A DNA stretch of 56,820 bases from an uncultured Gammaproteobacteria bacterium (GCA_964372415.1 CAYJQH010000004.1:27387-84206), one strand, 5' to 3'; counted from the stretch's first letter, positions 28,109 through 36,794 are shown. Program-made: numbers and translations. Notes: a model not told the origin generated them from the letters alone.

Positions 28109-30175
28109 TTACACTTTGAGAATACGTGCTTGTTCTTCTTCTTGGTAGGCTTCGAGCGTATCACCAATCTCTACTTTCGTCTTACCTTGGAAGGCAATAC
28201 CGCAATCCTGACCGGCTACCACATCTTTAACCGAGGTTTTGCCCGATTGGAGTGCCTCGATTTTACCTTCACCTACCACTTGGCCACCACGAAAAATACG
28301 TAGCGTAGCTCCGGGAATGAGTTTTCCTTTCTTAACCTTGGCGCCAATAATCACCCCCTTGTCGGTCTTTTTAAATAAGGCCAAAACTTCACCGGAACCA
28401 AGCTCGGTGTACACCTTTTCCGAAGGAATAAGTTTTTTTAGACGCTCGACCACGTTTTCGAATAATTTATAAATTACAGACGAACTTTCAATAATTACAT
28501 TCTTGTCACGCGCCAGCTGTTCGGCGCCGGCTGCCTTAACGTTAAAGGCATAAACAACCGCTTGCGCGCCTTCGGCACGAAGCACGTCTGCATCCGTAAT
28601 ATTACCTAGACCTTTGCCGACTATTTTAACGCCAACATAAGGGTTTTCGACCTTCTCAATCATGCCAATTAAGGCTTCAAGAGAGCCCAGAACATCGGCT
28701 TTAACAACGATATTCAAATACACCTTGCCCTCTTCTTTCTTTTCCTCATCGGTCTTCGGGGCAGCAGTCTTCATGGCAATCTCGCCAACGCCGCCAGCCG
28801 CTCGACCAGCCTGTTCACGAAGTACTTCAAGGCTTGAGACATCTTCTGGGACTTCCAGAATGTCGCCAATCGATGGGGCTGCTTTAAGACCGAGAATTTT
28901 AACTGGGGTCGAAGGCGTTGCTTCTTTTATGTTTGAACCGTCATGCGCTTTCATAGCCCGAACGCGACCATAATTCATGCCACGTACAGCCATGGTGTCC
29001 TGCAGTTTGAGGGTTCCAGTTTGCACAAGAACAGTAGCTACAGGACCGGCACCCTTATCGACGCGAGATTCAATAATCGTTCCAACAGCGCGACGAGTGG
29101 GATCGGCTACGATACTGTCTTTCTCAAGGTCAGCGACGAATAAAAGCACGTCTAATAGACCGTCGATATTCATGTTCTTCTTGGCCGAAATCGGAACACA
29201 GATTGTTTTGCCACCCCAATCCTCAGGCACGAGCCCAAGCTCAGCAAGTTTGCTCTTCACGAGCTCGAGATTGGCGTCTGGTTTATCGATTTTGTTTATG
29301 GCCACGACAAAAGGCAGCTTAGCAGCTTTAATAATGTCGATAGCTTCCCTAGTTTGCGGCTGCACACCGTCATCGGCGGCCACGACGAGAATTGCAATAT
29401 CGGCTACCTTGGCGCCACGTGAACGCATGACCGTAAATGCCTCGTGACCTGGAGTATCGATAAATGTGAGCTTGCGCGAGATCCCTCGATCGCCTTCTAC
29501 TCCTCGGGATTTCGTGGCAGTCTTCGACTGCCACTCAACTTGATAGGCACCGATGTGCTGCGTAATTCCCCCAGCTTCGCCAGCCACTACATTAGCCTTA
29601 CGAATCGCGTCGAGGAGTGATGTCTTACCATGGTCAACGTGACCCATGACCACAATCACCGGGGCCCGCGGCTGAACTTTACCTTCTGCTTTCTCTTCTT
29701 CTTTAGCTTTTGCTAAACGATCTTCGCCACCGGTTGCGCCATCGTCTTTCTTCTCGCTTGCCGGTTCGGCGATAAAACCAAGATCTTCAGCCACGATGCT
29801 TGCTGTTTCAAAATCGATCCGCTCGTTCAAAGAAGCCAAAATGCCGCTCCTCATGAGCTCTTGCATAACCTTAGCAACCGGCAGATTGAGACTATTCGCA
29901 AAGTCACGAACCGTAACGGTTGGTGGAATCTGCACCCGCGGCGCATCACCGGCAAGCACCTGAGCCTTGCGGTCAGCCCGAGCTTTTTGTTCCTCCATTT
30001 TCTTCTGGAGGTACTGGCGCTTCTTGTGCTCCTGCCAAGCGTTCATGATCTTACCCACGTCACGATCGGGAAGCTTGATAGCTTTGTTCCCAATATCAAA
30101 TCCAAGCTCTGGGAGCTTGGCGCGCAATTCTTCGGTCGGTACCCGCAAACGCCGGGCAAGTTCGGAAATATTCAT
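28109..30175 (-). CDS. infB: Translation initiation factor IF-2
   Basis: [36 protein letters not shown]. Confidence 0.98.
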   Translation of the reverse strand: MNISELARRLRVPTEELRAKLPELGFDIGNKAIKLPDRDVGKIMNAWQEHKKRQYLQKKMEEQKARADRKAQVLAGDAPRVQIPPTVTVRDFANSLNLPVAKVMQELMRSGILASLNERIDFETASIVAEDLGFIAEPASEKKDDGATGGEDRLAKAKEEEKAEGKVQPRAPVIVVMGHVDHGKTSLLDAIRKANVVAGEAGGITQHIGAYQVEWQSKTATKSRGVEGDRGISRKLTFIDTPGHEAFTVMRSRGAKVADIAILVVAADDGVQPQTREAIDIIKAAKLPFVVAINKIDKPDANLELVKSKLAELGLVPEDWGGKTICVPISAKKNMNIDGLLDVLLFVADLEKDSIVADPTRRAVGTIIESRVDKGAGPVATVLVQTGTLKLQDTMAVRGMNYGRVRAMKAHDGSNIKEATPSTPVKILGLKAAPSIGDILEVPEDVSSLEVLREQAGRAAGGVGEIAMKTAAPKTDEEKKEEGKVYLNIVVKADVLGSLEALIGMIEKVENPYVGVKIVGKGLGNITDADVLRAEGAQAVVYAFNVKAAGAEQLARDKNVIIESSSVIYKLFENVVERLKKLIPSEKVYTELGSGEVLALFKKTDKGVIIGAKVKKGKLIPGATLRIFRGGQVVGEGKIEALQSGKTSVKDVVAGQDCGIAFQGKTKVEIGDTLEAYQEEEQARILKV
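29477..29533. repeat. In-frame double-hairpin insertion in infB
   Basis: cgagatccc...gggatttcg plus GTGGCAGTC-ttc-GACTGCCAC; encodes WQSKTATKSRGVEGDRGISR. Confidence 0.6.
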
Positions 30176-30213
30176 GCCGAAGAGCGTAGCGCAAAAAGCG
30201 CTCGCCGTAAAGG

Positions 30214-30661
30214 ACCTCCCCCTAACCCCCTCCACTTTGTGTAGGGAGAACTCGAGCGCTCCGCTCGGCTCTCTTCCGACGCAATACGTGTCGAATTTCT
30301 TCAAGCACGCTCTCGAGGCCACCAAGAACGTCACCGTTTGAGAAACGAATTACCTCGATATTCTGATCATTAATATAAGCTGTTCTGTTTGCATCATAAA
30401 TTTTCTTCTCAGGAGTGTAGTGAGGTGGACCATCAACTTCGATAACTAATCGATCCTCAGAACAATAAAAGTCGGCAATAAAAGGACCAATGTTGTGCTG
30501 TCGTCGAAACTTAGCATTTTCAACCTGTCGGTTCCTGAGATAGCGCCAAAGAAGGGCCTCGGCAAACGTTTCTTTCTTGCGCAGTATTTGTCGCCTCCAT
30601 AGATATAACCAGTTAAGCATAAAGCTCTCCCTCCACCAGGTGGAAGGAGTTAGAGGGAGGT
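30214..30661. mobile_element. 448-bp cassette: DUF559 endonuclease gene bounded by inverted C-tail/hairpin repeats
   Basis: Left ACCTCCCCCTAACCCCCTCC-actttgtgt-AGGGAG; right (rc) ACCTCCCTCTAACTCCTTCC-acctggt-GGAGGGAG; no target-site duplication seen. Confidence 0.6.
30222..30620 (-). CDS. DUF559 / Vsr-like endonuclease domain protein
   Basis: T.AE.LLW..LR, KFRRQHNIGPFIADFYC, LVIEVDG..H, D..R, EVIRFSN. Confidence 0.9.
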   Translation of the reverse strand: MLNWLYLWRRQILRKKETFAEALLWRYLRNRQVENAKFRRQHNIGPFIADFYCSEDRLVIEVDGPPHYTPEKKIYDANRTAYINDQNIEVIRFSNGDVLGGLESVLEEIRHVLRRKRAERSARVLPTQSGGG

Positions 30662-31158
30662 CAGTCTAACGCGTGCCGCAGCTGCACCTGCCGCGTGGTG
30701 GCACCACACGACCCAACTTCGAGTTGGTTTTGAAAAACGGCGAGGTAGTACCCCGGAAGGGCTGACGAAAACTGATCGTTTGGATCAACCGGAATAGCCG
30801 GTAGCAACTCTTCGCCTACGTATTCACGAAGATTTAGGCAGGCGTTAGAGGTCACCGGATCAGCGCATTGTTCACCGTGTGCGCCAGCACAATTACCTGA
30901 ACCAATGAGCACCTTGCCGTCCCCCGTACCTTTAAGTTGTTCGACTAGTCCAGCAAACTTTTGTGGATCCTCATTTTCAAGCTGAAGAACAGACGACATG
31001 AGAATCCTTACATGTTCGGCTCGCTCAATATCGCGTTCCTTAGCGATGACCCGCATGGGTCCCAAAATCATGACAATGACAAAACCTACAAAGAGCGCTA
31101 CAGCGAGTGCTGTAAGCACGTCGAGCTTCGTGACACCCATGTACTGACTGTGCGACAT
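30661..31158 (-). CDS. Type IV pilin-like protein (non-canonical N-terminal methylation motif)
   Basis: GVTKLDVL followed by a hydrophobic helix, then KERDIER (like KARDxxR); Cys pairs; IPVDP. Confidence 0.55.
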   Translation of the reverse strand: MSHSQYMGVTKLDVLTALAVALFVGFVIVMILGPMRVIAKERDIERAEHVRILMSSVLQLENEDPQKFAGLVEQLKGTGDGKVLIGSGNCAGAHGEQCADPVTSNACLNLREYVGEELLPAIPVDPNDQFSSALPGYYLAVFQNQLEVGSCGATTRQVQLRHALD

Positions 31159-31203
31159 GACAACATTGTAACAAAAAAACGGCGCTTGCGGCGTCGTCAC
31201 GGA

Positions 31204-31548
31204 TTAGTCGTCATCCCAGCCGTACACTTCTCGTTCGCCAACAGCGATTAGCTTTTCGACCAATTGGGGATTGTCTCTAATCCAGTCGTAGAGATCCTGT
31301 CCATCGGGGAAGCCCTCGAGATAGTCCCTCCTCGACACACGGTTGGCCAAAGGGGCAATGCCTCTCGTTTGACCACGCTTCCAGGCTTCGTAGTCCTCCG
31401 CATCCCAGTTGATTCTGATCGAAGCCATGAAAACAGGCACCCCGACAAGAACACTCTCTTTGAAGTGATCGGTAACGTACTTTTGGAATCCTTCTGGCGT
31501 CTTTGACAAGTCTTCCTTTCTTACAATCAAAATCGATCCACTACCCAT
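31204..31548 (-). CDS. Hypothetical protein
   Basis: 114-aa ORF with AAAGGAGG RBS. Confidence 0.7.
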   Translation of the reverse strand: MGSGSILIVRKEDLSKTPEGFQKYVTDHFKESVLVGVPVFMASIRINWDAEDYEAWKRGQTRGIAPLANRVSRRDYLEGFPDGQDLYDWIRDNPQLVEKLIAVGEREVYGWDDD

Positions 31549-31585
31549 GTACCCTCCTTTGAGGGTTAGAGCCTAATCGAAGAGT

Positions 31586-32431
31586 TTATCTTTGGCAAAT
31601 CGGACAGTAGTGTGTTCCCCGACCACCGAGCACGATTTTCTTAATTGGTGCCTCACACGTCTGACAAAGCTGACCGTCGCGACCGTAGACTTTAAGAAAG
31701 CTTAAGAAACTACCTTTCTCACCATCGGTATCAACATAATCGTTGGCACTTGTCCCTTTTTGGGCGAGTGATTCGGCCAGCACCTTCTTAACCTCGGTGA
31801 CGAGACGCAAGCGATCGTTCGCGGTGAGAGTGCCGAGTCGACGGGTCGGTCGAATACCCGCTCGATGACAAGCTTCGTCGGCGTAGATGTTCCCGACGCC
31901 CGCGATCGCTTCCTGGTCGAGTAGAGCCGCTTTCACTTTTCGCGTTTTCGGCGTTACAAGACAAGCCGCGAGCTCTTCGGCTGAGGTATCAAGGGGTTCG
32001 GGGCCGTAAATTTCCGTAGCCTGACGCAAACCGTCTGCGTCAACGAGGCGCAAGTAGCCAAACATTCGCACGTCAGACCAAACAAGGCGGTCGCCGCTGT
32101 CTAAAACGAATAACATACGGTCGTGCTTGGTAGGAGTGTAGACCCCCTCTGACTCCCCCTTACTTAAGGGTGAGACGCTCGGCAGAAACAAAAACTTACC
32201 AGTCATCTTGAGGTGCCCGAGCATCGCCCGACCGTCGTCGAGATGAAAAATAAGGAGCTTTGCTCGTCGAGCGACTTTAGCAATGCGGCTTCCAGTGACT
32301 GCTTCTGCGAATTTCTGTCCGTGAGGGCGTTCGCGGCCTGACTTGAAAACAGTCACTGTAGAGAGTATCTTGCCACGGAGATGCTTATCTAGTTGCTGAC
32401 GTATTGTTTCAACTTCGGGAAGTTCGGGCAT
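31586..32431 (-). CDS. mutM: Formamidopyrimidine-DNA glycosylase
   Basis: MPELPEVET, RRAKLL, HLKMTG, GVGNIYADE, C-terminal CxxC...CxxC zinc finger. Confidence 0.97.
   Translation of the reverse strand: MPELPEVETIRQQLDKHLRGKILSTVTVFKSGRERPHGQKFAEAVTGSRIAKVARRAKLLIFHLDDGRAMLGHLKMTGKFLFLPSVSPLSKGESEGVYTPTKHDRMLFVLDSGDRLVWSDVRMFGYLRLVDADGLRQATEIYGPEPLDTSAEELAACLVTPKTRKVKAALLDQEAIAGVGNIYADEACHRAGIRPTRRLGTLTANDRLRLVTEVKKVLAESLAQKGTSANDYVDTDGEKGSFLSFLKVYGRDGQLCQTCEAPIKKIVLGGRGTHYCPICQR
32142..32174 (+). repeat. C-tail/hairpin element copy, in-frame in mutM (SPLSKGESEGV)
   Basis: ACCCCCTCTGACTCCCCCTT-actt-AAGGGTGAG. Confidence 0.7.
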
Positions 32432-33139
32432 ATGCCATTTCTGTTAATCGACAAACCCGCCGGCATCACGTCTCACGACGTGGTTGATCGTATTCGTAAG
32501 ATTACCGGACAACGCACGGTTGGTCACGCAGGGACACTTGATCCGTTTGCTACGGGACTTTTGATTGTGGCCGTTGGGCGAGATTCGACGAAAAATTTGG
32601 CCAAATACGTCGGTCTCGACAAAGAGTATGAAGCAAAGATCGTACTTGGCGCAACTACCGATACCCTCGACCCCGAGAGCCCTGTTATAGCCATGGGTTC
32701 TAAAGATGGCCAACCGATCACCCTTTCAAAAAAGCAAATTCTACAAGCAGTGGCTGAACTCACCGGCGATATTGAGCAGATCCCGCCCATGCATTCAGCG
32801 ATCAAAATAAAGGGCAAAAAACTTTACGAACTTGCCCGCCAAGGCAAGGAGATCGAGCGCCAACCCCGACAGGTGAAGGTGAACCTCTTTAAATCACTCG
32901 TCGAACTTAAAGAAACGTACGTGCTCCACGTGCTGATCCCTTTTTGTATTCAATGTTCCTCTGGCACCTATATTCGCGCTCTGGCTCGAGATCTGGGTCA
33001 AAAACTTAACACAGGTGGATATCTTCAGGCCCTCCGCCGGACAAAAATTGGTAACTTTTCGCTTGACCAAGCGAATTCTTTAGAAAAGCTTAATAAAGAT
33101 TCTTGGATTGACCGTTCACAAAACGACATGCTACCGTGA
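32432..33139 (+). CDS. truB: tRNA pseudouridine(55) synthase
   Basis: DKPAGITSHDVV, GHAGTLDPFATG, CSSGTYIRALARDLG. Confidence 0.97.
   Translation: MPFLLIDKPAGITSHDVVDRIRKITGQRTVGHAGTLDPFATGLLIVAVGRDSTKNLAKYVGLDKEYEAKIVLGATTDTLDPESPVIAMGSKDGQPITLSKKQILQAVAELTGDIEQIPPMHSAIKIKGKKLYELARQGKEIERQPRQVKVNLFKSLVELKETYVLHVLIPFCIQCSSGTYIRALARDLGQKLNTGGYLQALRRTKIGNFSLDQANSLEKLNKDSWIDRSQNDMLP
33108..33137 (+). promoter_or_regulatory. Putative promoter at the truB 3' end
   Basis: TTGACC-18 nt-TACCGT with TG extension. Confidence 0.45.
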
Positions 33140-33140
33140 G

Positions 33141-33270
33141 CCCATTAAATCATGATGGTGCGGTTGCGGCTGTTGCTGTTCTCCCTTGTGGTAAATTATC
33201 TCGAAATTTTAGAGAACTCTCGTGGGGCGAGTCAATTGACTCCCCTTTTGCCGTAGCCGTACGTTAAAAA
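33141..33270 (+). ncRNA. Structured RNA candidate upstream of rny (6S-like or rny leader)
   Basis: 17-bp closing stem 33153-33170/33250-33266 with G-U pairs on the + strand, enclosing gttctc/gagaac and gagtcaattgactc hairpins. Confidence 0.45.
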
Positions 33271-33274
33271 CTCT

Positions 33275-34834
33275 ATGGTCACTGCACTCCTGCTCTTAGC
33301 AACGGGTCTCGTTGCGGGCGGAGCTCTGGGTTGGCTCATCCGAGCCTTAATCAGCAAATCGAATGTCGGTTCAGCTGAAGCCCGGGCCGCCAAAATCATG
33401 AGCGATGCCAAAGAACTTGAACAAAAAGCCCGTGAAGAAGCTAAAGTAACTGAACAAAAACTTTTAGTCGAAGCCAAAGAAAAGGTCATCAAGATAGTCG
33501 AGGACGGTCACCGCGATCTGCAAAAGCAAGAGGCTGAACTAAAAACCTCACTGCATCGCTTGCAAGAACGTGAACAAACGTTCGATAAGACTCTTTTAGA
33601 TTTCGAAAACAAAAAAACTAAGCTCGAAGAGATTAAAGAAAAATTAGAAAAAGATCGTGAAGTCGCACAAGGCATGCGCCTTGAGCTCGATAAAAAACTT
33701 GAGCAAGTAGCCGGCATGACAAAAGACCAAGCTCTTGAAACGATCCTCAATCGAGTTGAGGAAGACAACCAGGATGCCCTCATGGGACGAATTCGTAAGC
33801 TCGATCAGATGAGTGAAGAAGAGCTCGAAATCCGTTCACGTAAAATTCTTTCGCTTGTTATTCAGCGCTTTGCCTCGAGCCAGGTGGTTGATGCCACAAT
33901 AACTTACGTCGAAATTCCAAGTGAAGACATGAAGGGCCGGATTATTGGTCGTGAGGGACGTAACATTAAAGCTATCGAGCACCAGACAGGCTGCGAACTC
34001 ATCGTCGATGACACGCCTGGACTTATTACGATTAGCGGCTTTTCCCCGGTTCGTCGCCAGGTCGCCAAACGAGCCCTGGAAATTCTTATCAAGGACGGCC
34101 GTATTCAACCAGCCAAAATTGAAGATGCCGTGAAGGAGTCTAAAAATGATCTAGCCAAAGAGATGAAAAAAGCCGGCGAAGATGCCCTTTACGAACTCGG
34201 CATTCCGGTTTCTTCGATCGACCCCAAATTGGTGTCGATTCTCGGTCGTTTAAAGTACCGCACAAGCTACGGCCAAAACGTTCTTCAACACTCACTCGAA
34301 GTAGCTCGTATCGCTGGCATGATTGGTGAGGAACTTGGACTCGACCCATTCCCACTCAAAAAAGGTGGTCTATTTCACGACATCGGTAAAGCGGTTGATC
34401 ATGACATGCAGGGCGCTCATCCTCAGATTGGCTATAACATCATGAAAAAATTTGGTTTTCCTGAAGAACTCTGCTACCAGTCAATTGCCCACCATGAAGA
34501 TCGTCCACGAACTATCGAAGGAACGATCGTCAAAGCTGCCGATGCTATCTCAGGCGCACGTCCTGGCGCTCGGCGAAACTCAGTTGAGGAATATATTCAG
34601 CGCCTACAAAATCTTGAAGCCGCGGCCGTGAGTTTTCCTGGTGTTGAGAAGGCCTACGCGATTCAAGCGGGTCGTGAGGTCCGAGTATTCGTGGAACCAC
34701 ACGCGGTAAACGATATGCAAGCCTACGAACTAGCCCGTGATGTGGCCAAAAAAATAGAAAGTGAACTTACCTACCCAGGTGAAGTAAAAGTAACCATCAT
34801 TCGCGAAACTCGTGTTATTGAATACGCTCGCTAA
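33275..34834 (+). CDS. rny: Ribonuclease Y
   Basis: N-terminal TM, coiled coil, KH motif KGRIIGREGRNI, HD motif LFHDIGK. Confidence 0.97.
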   Translation: MVTALLLLATGLVAGGALGWLIRALISKSNVGSAEARAAKIMSDAKELEQKAREEAKVTEQKLLVEAKEKVIKIVEDGHRDLQKQEAELKTSLHRLQEREQTFDKTLLDFENKKTKLEEIKEKLEKDREVAQGMRLELDKKLEQVAGMTKDQALETILNRVEEDNQDALMGRIRKLDQMSEEELEIRSRKILSLVIQRFASSQVVDATITYVEIPSEDMKGRIIGREGRNIKAIEHQTGCELIVDDTPGLITISGFSPVRRQVAKRALEILIKDGRIQPAKIEDAVKESKNDLAKEMKKAGEDALYELGIPVSSIDPKLVSILGRLKYRTSYGQNVLQHSLEVARIAGMIGEELGLDPFPLKKGGLFHDIGKAVDHDMQGAHPQIGYNIMKKFGFPEELCYQSIAHHEDRPRTIEGTIVKAADAISGARPGARRNSVEEYIQRLQNLEAAAVSFPGVEKAYAIQAGREVRVFVEPHAVNDMQAYELARDVAKKIESELTYPGEVKVTIIRETRVIEYAR

Positions 34835-34837
34835 GAC

Positions 34838-34866
34838 TTGCTAAAATTTCAAAGTACAGCTACAGT
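34838..34866 (+). promoter_or_regulatory. sigma70-type promoter for HU
   Basis: TTGCTA-17 nt-TACAGT. Confidence 0.55.
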
Positions 34867-34900
34867 CAAGGCATCACCTCAGTCTTCAGTTTTCAACCCT

Positions 34901-35272
34901 ATGAACAAAGCTGAACTCGCGCTCAAACTTGCCGAGCGCCTACAAATTCCCAAAAAACAAGCCGAAGACACAGTAGCTCAGTTTGAGGAAATTATCACTC
35001 AGACCCTCGTTCAAAACGACGAAGTTACCATTGCTGGTTTTGGCACTTTTTCAACTCGTGTTCGCTCAGCCCGGATGGGCGTGAACCCACGTAACCCTTC
35101 AGAACGCATCCAAGTTCCGGAGGTCCGTGTACCGAAATTCAAGGCCGGTAAGGCGCTCAAGGACTCTTTGAAGAAACCACGTGGCGCTACTGCTCCTCAG
35201 CCAGCCGCTGCACTCGCTCCAGTTCCGGCTCCCGTTCAACAGCCACCACAAGCACAACCAAACGTGACGTAA
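34901..35272 (+). CDS. hup: HU family DNA-binding protein with Pro/Ala/Gln-rich tail
   Basis: MNKAEL, IAGFGTF, GVNPRN, PKFKAGKALKD. Confidence 0.95.
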   Translation: MNKAELALKLAERLQIPKKQAEDTVAQFEEIITQTLVQNDEVTIAGFGTFSTRVRSARMGVNPRNPSERIQVPEVRVPKFKAGKALKDSLKKPRGATAPQPAAALAPVPAPVQQPPQAQPNVT

Positions 35273-35274
35273 CT

Positions 35275-35311
35275 AAAAACGCCTTCGACAGTGTCGAGGG
35301 CGTTTTGTTTT
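35275..35311 (+). terminator. Intrinsic terminator after HU
   Basis: AAAACGCCTTCGACA-g-TGTCGAGGGCGTTTT followed by T-rich tail. Confidence 0.75.
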
Positions 35312-35413
35312 AGATGATTTCTTCTACCACCCCGAACAAAGGTGAGGGGTTAGTTTCCACGACAGCTGAACCAACCTAACTCCTCGTATTCACTTGGAGT
35401 GGACGAAAAGTCT

Positions 35414-36664
35414 CTAATTTTTTGAAGCCAGTTCTTCAAACTTAACAAGTTGTACTTCGCTCGAACTTCGCTCCTTGATCTCGACCGATTGGCTAGCCAA
35501 AGTTTTTTCGGACAGTACAAGGCGCGCTGGCAAGCCAAGGAGATCGGCGTCAGCAAACTTGGCACCCGCAGAAGTCTCTCGATCGTCCCAGAGCACCGAC
35601 TTGCCCTGAGCTTCGAGCTCAGTCACCAGTTTTTGAGCGGTGGCGAGGAAACTCACCCGAGTTGCTTCGTCTTTTGGAAGAATTGTTATCAAATGAATGT
35701 CAAAAGGAGCCACCGAGGCGGGCCAAATAATTCCCTTATCGTCATGCGACGCCTCGACAATAGCGCCAACGAGACGCGTGGTGCCAATTCCGTAACAGCC
35801 CATGATCATTGGTTTGCGCTCCCCATTTTCGTCAGTAAACATGAGGCCAAAGGCCTCGGAATAACGAGTACCGATATCAAAAATGTTACCTGCTTCTACG
35901 CCCTTGATTTCCATTAATTCGTCATGACATTCCGGACATTTATCACCAACTTTGAGCCTCGCTACCTCGATATTTTGGGCAAAAGTGCACTTCTGACAAG
36001 CGATTAGCACGTCCTCTCCAGCTGGCGTAATAATTTGGAATTCATGGGAAGGTTTCTTGGAGAAGATGCCACCCGAAGCTTCGGCTACTTTTACGTCCAC
36101 GCCACAACGCTTGTACACATTAAGATACGCTAACTTTACTTTCTCGTAGTATTGATCTAGATCTTCCTGTGTAGCATGGAATGAATACATGTCCTTCATA
36201 CCAAATTCACGGCCACGAAGCACACCGCTTTTGGCTCGTAGCTCGTCACGGAACTTGGTTTGAATTTGGTAGGCGGCAAACGGCAGGTCTTTGTACGAGG
36301 CCACGTAATCTTGAACAAGTGGTGTTATGAGCTCTTCGTGCGAAGCGCCTAATGCGTACTCCTTGTGCGTTTGGCTATCTATCTTGAATAAAATATCAAC
36401 TGTATTCCAGCGTCCAGTTTTGACCCAATTTTCTTTTGGCTGGAGAGCTGACATTAAAATTTCCTGTCCACCGACAGCGTTCATTTCTTCACGAATAACA
36501 TTTTCTACTTTTCTAAGAACTCGAAGTCCAAGCGGCAGCCACGAATACACTCCAGCCATTTCTTGATGAACAAAACCACCCTGAATTAGATACTTAGCGT
36601 TCACCGACTCAGCTTCGGCGGGATAAGTTTTGGAGGTTTTGGCAAAAAGCTTCGAATAGCGCAT
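35414..36664 (-). CDS. proS: Proline--tRNA ligase (short form without editing domain)
   Basis: QIQTKFRDELR, REFGMKDMYSF, MGCYGIG, GAKFADADLLG. Confidence 0.96.
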   Translation of the reverse strand: MRYSKLFAKTSKTYPAEAESVNAKYLIQGGFVHQEMAGVYSWLPLGLRVLRKVENVIREEMNAVGGQEILMSALQPKENWVKTGRWNTVDILFKIDSQTHKEYALGASHEELITPLVQDYVASYKDLPFAAYQIQTKFRDELRAKSGVLRGREFGMKDMYSFHATQEDLDQYYEKVKLAYLNVYKRCGVDVKVAEASGGIFSKKPSHEFQIITPAGEDVLIACQKCTFAQNIEVARLKVGDKCPECHDELMEIKGVEAGNIFDIGTRYSEAFGLMFTDENGERKPMIMGCYGIGTTRLVGAIVEASHDDKGIIWPASVAPFDIHLITILPKDEATRVSFLATAQKLVTELEAQGKSVLWDDRETSAGAKFADADLLGLPARLVLSEKTLASQSVEIKERSSSEVQLVKFEELASKN

Positions 36665-36794
36665 ACGCGCCCTAGCGTAAACCATGAAGGCAAAGAATGC
36701 AAAAAAAAACGTTAAAATTATCTTTAATATTAGACAAATGTGACTAAAAAATTGACACTAAACCATTTTCACGGTACTCCTGAATTGTAGAGTG

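Noticed and set aside
30176-30334. 53-aa upstream extension of IF-2
   Set aside because: Overlaps the DUF559 3' end and the repeat element; MNISELARRL at 30175 is the typical IF-2 start.
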